Shown piece by piece: positions 52,925-64,000 of a DNA stretch of 64,000 bases (position 1 is the first letter of the stretch; each line of letters begins with the position of its first letter). The DNA comes from Eledone cirrhosa (taxonomy: Eukaryota). The DNA is taken from contig OZ024742.1 of NCBI GenBank assembly GCA_964016885.1, positions 17,918,001 to 17,982,000 of the forward strand, read 5' to 3'. The notes under the pieces were generated by a model, which saw only the letters and a program-made list of their open reading frames with translations, searched no databases and was not told the DNA's origin. The position numbers and the translations under genes were made by a program.

Positions 52925-53437
52925 TGTTTAATATTTTTTTAAGGCAACGGTTGTAATAACTCGAGTTAAACATGATATATATTAATAATAAATTATGGTT
53001 GTAATGTAATTAGATTATATAATTGTTATTATAAATGATCTTATAAATATTAGTGTAAGATGTATAAAAATATTTTCAGACTTTTAATATAAACAACAAC
53101 AAAAAACAATCAATATTAAATCAATATATTATACATAATAGAAAACATAGAATAAATAAACGGAAAAAATTAAACGAAATTTCATTTCTCACTCTTAGTA
53201 CGGCTGTTACTTAAATATAAGTATGTATACGTACATATACATATGTATACAGACGTACAGTAGTATGTATGTATCTATATATAGACATACACGCACACAT
53301 ATATATATATATATGTACGTATGGATTCACCGAACATTTATTATAATGCTCGGTGTGTTTGTAAACAAACATCCCGAATTAAGCCGTACAGTGTCTAGCA
53401 AGCATCGTTGCTCATTTGTTCAACACTGACAAAGGAA

Positions 53438-53477
53438 CGCTGTACTAGTTTCAAGCTTATTAGCTATCGTCAGCAAC
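53438..53477 (-). ncRNA. HHR motif (helix I internal loop deleted)
   Basis: Intact core; lacks the 6 nt gtatac present in the other copies. Confidence 0.75.
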
Positions 53478-53836
53478 CTTCCTGCCAGATGGTTGAACGT
53501 CTGAAAGTATAAACTTTCCTTTTGCATATCGAGTGAGTTAATCGGCCGGGGTACCGAAAACGATAAACGGAAAAAATGAAACGAAATTTCATTTCTCACT
53601 TTTAGTACGGCTGTTACTTAAATATAAGTATGTATACGTACATACACATATGTATAAAGACGTACAGTAGTATGTATATATATATATATACATACATGCA
53701 CACATATATATATGTACGTATGGATTCACGGAACATTTATTATAATGCTCGGTGTGTTTGTAAACAAACATCCCGAATTAAGCAGTACAGTGTCTAGCAA
53801 CCATCGTTGCTCATTTGTTCAACACTGACAAAGGAA

Positions 53837-53877
53837 CGCTGTACTAGTTTCAAGCTTATTAGCTATCGTCAGCAACG
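53837..53877 (-). ncRNA. HHR motif (429-bp family)
   Basis: cgttg-CTGACGA-tagctaataagctt-GAAA-ctag-TA-cagcg on the minus strand. Confidence 0.85.
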
Positions 53878-54147
53878 TATACCTTCCTGCCAGATGGTTG
53901 AACGTCTGAAAGTATAAACTTTCCTTCTGTATATTAACGGCTGAGCAGCCTAATTTGTATATCGAGTGAGTTAATCGGCCGGGGTACCGAAAAAGATAAA
54001 CGGAAAAAATGAAACGAAATTTTATTTCTCACTCTTAGTACAGCTTTTACTTAAATATAAGTATGTATACGTACATACACATATGTATACAGACGTACAG
54101 TAGTATAAATATATATATATATACCCCGGCCGATTAACTCACTCGAT

Positions 54148-54155
54148 ATGCAAAT
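54148..54155 (+). promoter_or_regulatory. Octamer ATGCAAAT in each 429-bp unit (also 54577, 55006, 48237, 2866-)
   Basis: Perfect octamer ~80-90 nt upstream of the HHR core, conserved in diverged relatives. Confidence 0.45.
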
Positions 54156-54230
54156 TAGGCTGCTCAGCCGTTAATATGCATAAGGAAAGTTTATACTTTC
54201 AGACGTTCAACCATCTGGCAGGAAGGTATA

Positions 54231-54271
54231 CGTTGCTGACGATAGCTAATAAGCTTGAAACTAGTACAGAG
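54231..54271 (+). ncRNA. HHR motif (429-bp family)
   Basis: CTGACGA 54236-54242, GAAA 54257-54260, ctag, TA 54265-54266; 3' helix I cagag (one mismatch). Confidence 0.8.
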
Positions 54272-54659
54272 TTCCTTTGTCAGTGTTGAACAAATGAGCA
54301 ACGATGGTTGCTAGACACTGTACGGCTTAATTCGGGATGTCTGTTTACAAACACACCGAGCATTATAATAAATGTTCGGTGAATCCATACGTACATATAT
54401 ATATATGTGTGCATGTATGTATATATATACATACTACTGTACGTCTGTATACATATGTGTATGTACGTATACATACTTATATTTAAGTAACAGCCGTACT
54501 AAAAGTGAGAAATGAAATTTCGTTTCATTTTTTCCGTTTATCGTTTTCGGTACCCCGGCCGATTAACTCACTCGATATGCAAATTAGGTTGCTCAGCCGT
54601 TAATATGCATAAGGAAAGTTTATACTTTCAGACGTTCAACCATCTGGCAGGAAGGTATA

Positions 54660-54700
54660 CGTTGCTGACGATAGCTAATAAGCTTGAAACTAGTACAGAG
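54660..54700 (+). ncRNA. HHR motif (429-bp family)
   Basis: Same as 54231-54271, offset by 429. Confidence 0.8.
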
Positions 54701-55088
54701 TTCCTTTGTCAGTGTTGAACAAATGAGCAACGATGGTTGCTAGACACTGTACGGCTTAATTCGGGATGTCTGTTTACAAACACACCGAGCATTATAATAA
54801 ATGTTCGGTGAATCCATACGTACATATATATATATGTGTGCATGTATGTATATATATACATACTACTGTACGTCTGTATACATATGTGTATGTACGTATA
54901 CATACTTATATTTAAGTAACAGCCGTACTAAAAGTGAGAAATGAAATTTCGTTTCATTTTTTCCGTTTATCGTTTTCGGTACCCCGGCCGATTAACTCAC
55001 TCGATATGCAAATTAGGTTGCTCAGCCGTTAATATGCATAAGGAAAGTTTATACTTTCAGACGTTCAACCATCTGGCAGGAAGGTATA

Positions 55089-55129
55089 CGTTGCTGACGA
55101 TAGCTAATAAGCTTGAAACTAGTACAGCG
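55089..55129 (+). ncRNA. HHR motif (429-bp family)
   Basis: cgttg-CTGACGA-...-GAAA-ctag-TA-cagcg, fully paired helix I. Confidence 0.85.
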
Positions 55130-55682
55130 TTCCTTTGTCAGTGTTGAACAAATGAGCAACGATGCTTGCTAGACACTGTACGGCTTAATTCGGGATGTTT
55201 GTTTACAAACACACCGAGCATTATAATAAATGTTCGGTGAATCCATACGTACATATATATATGTGTGCATGTATGTATATATATATACATACTACTGTAC
55301 GTCTGTATACATATGTGTAATTACGTATACATACTTATATAAAATAAATAAACAATATAAAAATAAAATATTTACATACAATTGCAATTATCAGTCTATA
55401 TAAATTTTCTTTATTCCCTGAGCAAATTAATGAGATTTGTTCTTATTGCACATAATTTGATAACCTTTTGGAGTGTATTAAAAGATAACAACAATTTGTG
55501 ATTAAATTGTTATCTTAAGCAACTCTCTTTTTAATAGTTGTTGGCTGGGCGAAATTGGAAAAGCCTATGAGCAAATATTTTAAAAATTATACAAACTACA
55601 TTTCCCTGTTTTGTTGCAACATTAGATAAAATAATTGAGCAATGTCGTGAGATTTTGCTCTTATTGCACATTAATAGTTTCT

Positions 55683-55842
55683 ATTTTTCGGCACAAAGCC
55701 ATTACCACAGTCCATTACTGGTACTTTATTTTATCGAACTGGTAAGGATGAAAGGCAAAGTTAACCTCGGCGGGATTTGAACTTAGAACGCCAAGGGCCA
55801 TAACAATGCTGCACAGCATGGTGTCTGACGCTCTACCAATAC
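55683..55842 (-). mobile_element. SINE (main family); further fragment at 55990-56042
   Basis: actggtactttattttatcg...aaggcaaagttaacctcggcgggatttgaact. Confidence 0.8.
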
Positions 55843-56285
55843 TTGTGTTGAGCTGGTCACCAATTTGTGGTGGTCGTGCGTGGAGTAGAACAATAAGCGC
55901 TAGTCGAAATAGTATGAACAAAACATTTTTATTTGTCGAAGAACATATTTTCAATACTGTTTGTGAATGGGCATCTACTTATAGTGACTGTATTACTGGT
56001 ACTTTATTTTATCAACCCCATAAGGACGAAAGGCAAAGTTAATACTGACAATAATGCAAATGTGTAATAGTGAAAATTTGCGCCTTTTCATTAATTTATC
56101 GTCTGCTCACGTTGCATTAAAGGGAAATAACTCATCCTCTCGACTGTATTTATACATTTTAACTGAAACATCAATATTACACATTCGATTTGAAACTTTT
56201 TTTGACCGATCTCTCCGCTGGAGCTTAATCTATAAGTTTAGATGCATGGCGACCGTTTTAGTAGAGAGACAGACAGACAACCTCA

Positions 56286-56348
<63 letters not shown>

Positions 56349-57504
56349 AAGATTTTTAAACGCGTGTGACACAAATTTTTACAATGTTTTTAGAAAAATT
56401 ATTTTTACAAATATTTACAAACAAAGTGCAGTTTGTATTACAATCGGAACTCTGCCTATACTCGATTGCAATATATAAAGAGGAACAAGATACAAAGATA
56501 TATTTCTTTATTTGGCACAAGGGCGCACAGAAATGGGACATTACAGAACATGAATATACGCTATTTTGAAGTGTTTAAAAAATGTTTACAAACAAAAATT
56601 TAGAATCGTTTTGTACAAACGATAAATTTAAAAATATTTGTACAAACTTTTACGATAGACTTTCATCTTATCTATTGACCGCCTAACCCAAACCATAACA
56701 TAAATATATTACATTTGTTTTAAAAATAGTTAATATAAGTTTTAAAAAATCATATAGCGACGTAATAACAAAAATAAATGAACTAGGAAAACAAACAAAA
56801 AAACATGGCGGATGCTTTTGAGCAACACTTACTCTGATTGGTTGAAAATTAGCCAATGGCATGTAATCACCACAGCCAGACCTTGAAAAAAAAATTGACG
56901 ATCTACACATATATGTTAGAACACTAAAGTGACTAAAACATTCCGTTGTTAGTCACTTCGTGTCTAACAGATATACTTTGAGATTGAGAACTTTGAGAAC
57001 CTTTCAATTTTGTTCTTGCTTGTGAGGGTAATTTTTACAATGTTTCTCCTTTCAACTGCCACTCCAGTTTCTAGAGACTTCATGCTCGGTTTCTCATCAA
57101 TTCATGCAATTTTTTTATGTTCCGCTGCATTAATTTGTCTGCATCAACAATCATAGAAGTGTTTTTTCTGTAAATAAAAAGTGAACTAAGTTCCTGCAGG
57201 CGACATTTTTAGGACTAAGCCCAATAAAAACTGTTTGAAAAGACTCTTTTGAACTAATTTTCTTTAGTTTTTCTGTCACTCCCAGGTCTTGTTTCATTCT
57301 TCATTGTTTTCAAAACAATATGTTTCATAGTTTGCCGTAACACTGGAACTGTTCGAGAAAACAAAGAAATAAGCTACCTAACCGCTGGGCATAAACTTAT
57401 TGTTCTAGTTACGAGGCACATTCAGAGAGTTCCTTCTGATTTAGAGGTGAACTACTGTAAGAAAAATACAATGCCAACCCTTACTTATCTTGGGTAATGT
57501 CCGA

Positions 57505-57912
57505 AAGAATATGATCGTGAATACAAACGGCTGAAATGGGCTTCTCCGAATGGTACTTTGGAGTAACGTTACTCGATAGAGTGCGTAGCTCGGAAATCAG
57601 AGTCACTCTATGTAAATCCGCTACTTCTCCGAATTGAGAAATCACAGCTCTGATACTATGGGCAGGAAATAATCGCTGGAAAGATTTTACGGGCAAAACC
57701 AACCGGCAGGAACCCAGGAGTAGACCCTGAGCAAGATGGTTGGATAACGTCCAAGAGCTTGGCTGGTCTCGCATGGGGATCCAGCCGAATCAGTTGGAAA
57801 CTGTTGCTTGACAGGACTCGCTGGAAGGAGTGTTTGAAGACTCTTCCACCACAACCCTCTCGGAAATAAGTGAACAACCAAGAAGAAGAAGAAGAAGAAG
57901 AAGAAGAAGAAG
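57505..57912 (+). pseudogene. RTE-clade LINE 3' remnant with (GAA)n tail
   Basis: Homologous to 15056-15455. Confidence 0.85.
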
Positions 57913-58029
57913 ATAAACCCTCTTCCCTAGAGTCAATGAGGGTACAACTAGATTGTTTATCAACCTTCTAGAAATAAGAACCAAACCTATGTTATGTCAC
58001 ACCTTCCTGTTTTTTAAAGAAAGGACCTC

Positions 58030-58345
58030 CATCGGTTTCGACGACGAATGTTCAGCCTGTTCATGAAACTAACGTCACATAGCTGAGCATTTTACAGGCA
58101 GATATATCCCTAACTACATGTATATCCCTACCGTGATTCTCAGGGATAATCAGCTTGATACAGCGTGTAACATAGTTGAGCTTTTGAATTACAGACCCAA
58201 TGCATTTGACGGGCTTCCAAACAGCTTCTGTTTAGTCAATTTTATTCACTATGGTAAATTACACATATCTAACATGGCCACACGGTGAGATCGAACGTGG
58301 AACCATGGGATTGTGAAGCGAATTTCTTTTAAAAAGTCAGCCATA
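58030..58345 (-). mobile_element. Decayed SINE-like element
   Basis: tRNA-like head on the minus strand (atggctgac...ggttccacgttcgatctc). Confidence 0.4.
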
Positions 58346-59194
58346 TTGCGTACACGAAAATAAAAACACATTAGATAATATAGTTTAGGCCATGGTAGGG
58401 ATGATTTTGATCATATCTAAACTGAAATTAAGCCATAATATGTTATACGTATAGTATATTTGATAATATACTGTATGTTTATTTTAAAACATTTTGAAGA
58501 CCATTCACTATGATTTTAAAGTAATGACTACGTCACGTACCTAGTCTCGGCAAAAGCAAAGGGGAGTAATCGACGGTAGTACCGTTTCTCACTTGTAAGT
58601 GGTTGTCAAGGCCTCTTCGCTTCTGCCGAGAGTTATAGAAGCTGGATTCTTATAGAATTCCAGTTATGTTTACTAGCTGTTTAAACTTATTAACATACAG
58701 AGCGATTGCCGACTCAACACCAATACTAATAATATATTTACCTGTTATACACACTGAACAAAACCACAAAACAAGTGTGTCGTCATATTCACCCTATCGT
58801 TTTATACACACTGTCGTTTTATACACCCTGTCGTTTTATACACAGTGTCGTGTTATACACCATGTCGTTTTATACACCCTGTGGTTTTATACAAACGCTT
58901 CGCCATTCACATTAAAGTATTATGTTATCGGTTGTATGTTTATATTCACCATATCACATGTATAAACATGCGTGGGCAAATAGATATTTAATCCATAAAC
59001 AACACTTGTGTATACTGTATACACGTGGAGATGTATACAATTCTCTTCTGCTTCTCACAACAAATAAATCTTTCTTGCTTTGACTATTTTTTTATTCTTT
59101 TATTTATTCGTTTACCGTTTGTTGTCGGATTATGAAATCGAGCGAAAGTTATTACATACAAATGAACGAATCAGAAAAAATAAAAAACGAAAAG

Positions 59195-59306
59195 ATTGCT
59201 AGACAGACAAATAGATAGATAGAGAGAGGAGGAGAGAGGGGGGATTGATAGACAGAGAGAGAGGGGGGGAGATGGATAGATAGATAGAGAGAGAAAGAAG
59301 GGAGTG

Positions 59307-59360
<54 letters not shown>

Positions 59361-59464
59361 GGGGGAGAGGGGGAGGAGAAAGAGGGGTGGATTGATAGAC
59401 AGAGAGAGAGAAGGGGGAGAGATGGATAGATAGATAGATAGAGAGAGAAAGAAGGGAGTGGATT

Positions 59465-59540
<76 letters not shown>
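59195..59540. repeat. Compound (GATA)n/purine-rich repeat with an internal duplication
   Basis: gattgatagacagagagaga...gaaagaagggagtgga(TAGA)n occurs twice. Confidence 0.9.
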
Positions 59541-59541
<1 letters not shown>

Positions 59542-60109
59542 AACCCAGCCGGCTAGAGAAATCGATGGAGAAAATAAAAGAAGAATGGGAGGAGGAGTGG
59601 GAGAAAGAAGAAAGGAGGTGGGAGGGCGTGGAAAGTAAAAAACACAAGACAAACAAAAAGAGGAAATATCCTTTAACGGAACTAAATAAATAGAGTTGAC
59701 TCGTTAATCTTAAGATGAAAAACGATTGATTCAGCAGATGTGAAGGAGAAATTAATTAGCTGCTAACTTTGGCTATTTCCAACACGGTCAACATTGCTTT
59801 TGCTGGTGTAAGCATTAATACTGGCCCTGGTGTAAGCATTAATACTGGCCCTGGTGTAAGCATTGGTACTGCTGTGATTACTGCTGCTGCCTTACTTTGG
59901 TAAGCTTATTTCTATTATTTATAATTATTTTATCGACTTGCATGTTTATATTTCTATAATTTTTTTATTTACAATTGAATTAATATATTATGGAAATACA
60001 ATTTAATAGAAAAAGAAAACAAAATTTAGATTGAGAAGAAAGAATGGAATGTAAAATAGGAAAATATAAAAATAAACTTAAAGGAAGGGAAAGGAAAGGG
60101 CTCTAGTGT

Positions 60110-60400
60110 CACAGAAGAATGGGGAGGGGGGAAGAGGGGGTGATGGGACGCTGGGCCTAGGGCGCGGCAGTAATGGGGCTGCATCCCGAGGACAAGACCC
60201 CAAAACCATTCCCGTGGAAAATGGCCAGCAACACCCTCTGCAACTTCTACCCCAACTCGCAGGGCCCCTTCCTCAGAAAGGCCGCCAACGTTCCAACCTT
60301 GCGGAGGAGGTCGACTGTACGGGGTCCAGGTACGCCTGAGGTCTCGACGGTGACGGGTGCGAAGAGGAAGCGGCCGGACAATCCCCGGTATTTGTTTATA
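60110..60400 (-). pseudogene. CRE-like RLE 3' fragment
   Basis: KYRGLSGRFLFAPVTVETSGVPGP, homologous to the 51400 region. Confidence 0.6.
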
Positions 60401-60414
60401 ATTCACTCTTGAAA

Positions 60415-60900
60415 ATTTAAAGACATGGGATTTGGGTTTCTGTACACCAGCTTAATAATAGGGCCTGTTGCTTTGCTACATAGCGCCAGCATATGACGAT
60501 CTTTCCAGGCCTTAAATCCAGTAGCTTGGTTGGCATTTTTATGAATATAGGTAAATTCTGAATTTTGAAGATGACTTTTTTCTTCGATTACTCTTCTGGG
60601 TGTTCTAAAAACTCCGAAGCTACATCTGTAGCAGCCGACGCTGATTCTCTCTTCATCTTGAAATGTTTGTGGTTGTGAAAATTTATAAAACTTGTTAGAT
60701 TTAAACCCATTCTTATGACTCTCGTAAACCCTTCACCGTAATATTCATATTGGCTAAGCGTCTTTCCGTGGACATACTTTTCTCTAGCTACCCGTTTAAT
60801 GCTTGCTTGGTTTTTACAAGCAATTCATCACAAGCCAGAGAAACCATTATCACTGTTGCAGATCAAGCACTGACACTTCGGCGAATTTCATTTTTTTTTT
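60415..60900 (-). pseudogene. Decayed Tigger/pogo transposase fragment
   Basis: Minus strand: KRESASAATDVA...YIHKNANQATGFKAWKDRHMLALCSKATGPIIKLVYRNPNP. Confidence 0.7.
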
Positions 60901-61292
60901 CTTTATCATTGACATGGTTTTCAACTGACCCAGCTTTTGCAGCCTTTGTTGGAACCTTAGCCCTTCTCTGGCCTTCGTAGGTTTTTCATCACTACTCATT
61001 TAACACCTAGCTATTGTTTAACCATTAAACAATAAATAACATGGCCCCACAGCAGGGTTAGCGAATGCTACAAACACAACACATATAACAAAGATGTTAG
61101 GGATTCTAATATCATGATAAAAACTCAGGACAAGGATGATAGAGAGGAATGGATTAGTATTTGCTCTCTTACACAGGCCATACAGTTTCATGCAGAACAG
61201 ATCGGTGAGAGTTTATTGGATTTTCTTTTAAATTTTTTAAAACATTTTCCGCTTGCGTATGTTCAAAACTGCGTAAGATACGTGTGTGGGGG

Positions 61293-61773
61293 TAGACTTG
61301 CCAACCTCTATAACCCCCACCTTGAAAGAAAGTGTCCCAAAACGGGGAGAAATTAGGCAAAATAGCGAGATTTTACATAATTGTTTCTACGTTAGGCACA
61401 AGGCCAGCAATTACACAGTGTATTACTGGTACTTTATTTTATCGACCCCGTAAGGATGGCAGGCAAAGTTAACCTTGGCCGTAACTCTATACGTCAAAGC
61501 ATGGCGTCCGACCACCTACCAATACTGCCAATCCACCGCGAGATTTTACATAATGAAAGCTATACCTATTTTCACAAGAGAAGACATCTCTCACCCACCT
61601 CAAAGTGAGTGGGAGATCTCTCCGTCGGACGGGGAAAGTTGACAAGCCTGCTGATGCCTTTGGGAAAAAACCCTGTAAGATAGGTAACTTTATTAAGGAG
61701 TTAAATGGTCGAAAAAATAAAGCCACACCACAAAGGAGATCTCCCCGTCGGACGGGAAGAGTTGACAGGTCTG
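61293..61773. mobile_element. MITE of the 49409 family with a nested SINE and a duplicated 3' end
   Basis: TAGACTTGCCAAC start; ends GTTGACAAGCCTG (61650) and GTTGACAGGTCTG (61773). Confidence 0.65.
61382..61537 (-). mobile_element. SINE (main family) with a 17-bp TSD
   Basis: gcgagattttacataat at 61365-61381 and 61538-61554. Confidence 0.9.
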
Positions 61774-61979
61774 ATGTGGAGGAGGGCGTGTGTGTAAGTG
61801 TGTGTGTGTGTGGTGGGATGCGTGTGTGTGTGCGTTTCAGTGTTCAATTAGGGGGAAAATTGTACTGAACGTGTAAGATTTGGTAGTGGTTATAATATTT
61901 TAGTGCAAAGCCTTCAAACTGTCATTACTCCAATACTTACTATATTGTGTGAAATATTCTTTGCCATTATATTAATTTA

Positions 61980-62160
61980 ATTGTTTCTACTTTTGGCACA
62001 AGGCCAGCAATTAACCAGTGCATTACTGGTACTTTATTTCATCGACCCCGTGAGGATGAAAGGCAAAGTTAACCTCGGCGGGATTTGAACTCAGAATGGC
62101 AAGGGACGTAACTCTATGCGTGGCGTCCGACCCTCTACCGATTCTGCCAATTCACCGCCC
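61980..62160 (-). mobile_element. SINE (main family)
   Basis: Head GGCGGTGAATTGGCAGAATCGG, B box, body and tail. Confidence 0.9.
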
Positions 62161-62944
62161 TCTATTTTATTTAATTATATTAAATTATTAAATTATATTA
62201 ATTTAATACTATTTAAATAGTTTAAATAGAATATAGTTATTCAACCTGAAAACATCCTTTTAACCATTCAAAAACAAAATTGAAGAACATGTGATTGTTG
62301 TTTTTTAAGTTTAAATGACATTTCAACAATGTAATTACTTCAGTTTCAACACCTGGTCTCAGTACAATATGTACATCGAACAATTTTAGTATTATTTATG
62401 TATTATGCTACACTGGAGTTAAATGTGTTTTTCAATTCTCAAGAAAATAACAAGTTTATAGAGCATTACAAAACAATTTTTAAAATAGACTTCATGTTAT
62501 TGATCATAAAAATAGGCAAAGCTATAAAATCTTTGAAAGTAAATAAGACACAAAGAATATATTAAGAAATGTGTGACTAATTTCATAAGAACTATGTCGA
62601 ATCCATGAGATGATTGCGTGTTACTGTAGTGGTTTTTCAATTTGTTTAACTTTAAATTCTTATATATATATATATATATATGTCAACATGTCATTCATAT
62701 TTGTAATTTTCAGTTGTTTTTTTCCTAACATTATCTTGCTTCCAGCCATGATCTAAAACATTTTTCAAGCTTTAATAACAATGTAAGATAAACGACGATT
62801 GTAATACGGACGATATCACTGATAACTCAGACATATTAAAATTATTTACTCACAAAAGAACTAGTTGTAGGGGTAAGACGTTGAAAGCAAGAGAATGGTG
62901 AGCCAGAGAGTTTGAGAGTCGTGGAAAGATGGGAAGATTATATT

Positions 62945-63120
62945 TGTTTTTACTTTAGGCACAAGGCCAGCAATTATCCCAGTACATTACTGGTGCTTTA
63001 TTTTATCGACCCCGTAAGGATGAAAGGCAAAGTTAACCTCGGCGGGATTTGAACTCAGACCATAAAGCACTCTATGCTGCAAAGCATGGCGTCCGACCTT
63101 CTACCGATACTGACAATCCC
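62945..63120 (-). mobile_element. SINE (main family)
   Basis: Same body and tail motifs. Confidence 0.85.
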
Positions 63121-63434
63121 CCAGATTATAATATTGGCGGCGATGTATTTGTTTTGCAAGATTCTTGATATGAAATCGTGTGTTGAAACAGATATTGTTA
63201 TATTTGGAGAGGGTCAAGTTGTCTTAATATTGCCAAAAAATAGTACTGCCAATCCACCGCCCTCGGTCATCAGAAGAAGGGAGATAGATGTAAAAAAACA
63301 AACTCACTATCTTCAATTCGGTAGTTGTGTCAACTCCTACCTATGGGCATTAATGTTGGGTAGTAACCGAAAGAATACGATCGCGAATACAAGCGGCCGA
63401 AATGGGGTTCCTGCTAAGGGTCTTTAGACTAAAG

Positions 63435-63780
63435 TTACTTGATGGTGCAGTCTGCGACTAATCCGGGCTCTGCTGCACTTCGGGCCGAGGAGGGTAAACT
63501 CTCCATGTATCGGTCGCTCTCCGACAGGTTTCCAGTCGAGCCCGTAACAGTGGAGACTTCTGGTGTCCTTGGCCCTAGGACCACCTCGCTACTCACCACC
63601 ATCGACACAGAGTTGGCTACCTGCATGTGTGAGCCTCGTGAGCTAGAATGGCTCTTCCAACACTTCACCCTCACCATCCTCCGGGGAAACGCCATCTCTG
63701 TTCTGCGCGTGGGCTCCCGTTTGTTTATAATAGTGAGTGATGGGGAGAGCGAGAGAGGCGGAGGCAGTGAGTGAGAGAAA
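63435..63780 (+). pseudogene. CRE-like RLE 3' fragment
   Basis: VQSATNPGSAALRAEEGKLSMYRSLSDRF..VTVETSGVLGPR...EPRELEWLFQ..LTILRGNA. Confidence 0.75.
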
Positions 63781-64000
63781 ACATCTGCGCACATACGGAT
63801 TTGATAAAACAACGATAGAGATTAAACCAACACAACCATCTTATAACGTTCAATATTTTCTACCATTGCAGATAGCCACAGATGTATAGTGGCTCAAACG
63901 AGGAACCCTGCATTGCGCCACATTTTCATTTTTTATTTATTTATTTTTTGTTGTTGATTTATTTATTTGTTTTGGGGAAGAATACAACACCATGTACGGA

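Larger units (their letters stand above)
53155..55340. repeat. Inverted tandem array of a 429-bp HHR-containing unit (~2.3 copies minus, then ~2.8 copies plus); retrozyme-like
   Basis: taccccggcc recurs at 54122, 54551 and 54980 (period 429). Minus copies span 53155-54105, with a short (TA)n at the junction. Confidence 0.95.

Noticed and set aside
54280-55147. Repeated 64-68-aa ORFs in the 429-bp unit
   Set aside because: Short, partly microsatellite-derived and not preserved in diverged copies; conservation tracks RNA structure instead.
58790-59865. Small tandem repeats (~21 bp at 58790-58890; 24 bp at 59803-59865; also ~42 bp at 38765-38838)
   Set aside because: Ordinary local duplications with no further structure.

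Overview
AT-rich, repeat-saturated animal DNA. The SINE and LINE families and the microsatellite load suggest a cephalopod or other mollusc (inference). I find no convincing host gene, and most ORFs in the track are microsatellite or satellite artefacts. Main contents: a 7.2-kb 21-bp satellite with higher-order repeats (7010-14240); a Gypsy LTR retrotransposon with both LTRs (22761-28125); a near full-length R4/Dong-type RT+RLE LINE (28333-32128) plus fragments; a 5'-truncated Naiad-type Penelope-like element (44792-47262); an orphan LINE ORF1; RTE, CRE, CR1 and Tigger remnants; several MITEs; many tRNA-derived SINEs; and a 200-N gap. The signal the ORF track does not show is a dense set of type I hammerhead ribozyme (HHR) motifs: 14 with an intact CUGANGA/GAAA/UH core, plus variant and decayed ones. 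They belong to several families, have a palindromic (one near-palindromic) helix III, and mostly lie in elements embedded in (TA)n tracts, many with an inverted fold-back 5' arm. The best case is a non-coding 429-bp tandem unit (53155-55340; relatives near 2.4-2.9, 17.6-17.9 and 48.0-48.6 kb). It combines an extended HHR showing compensatory changes with a conserved upstream ATGCAAAT octamer, making it a candidate retrozyme / non-autonomous Penelope-dependent self-cleaving RNA system. All structures were folded by eye and need computational and biochemical confirmation.
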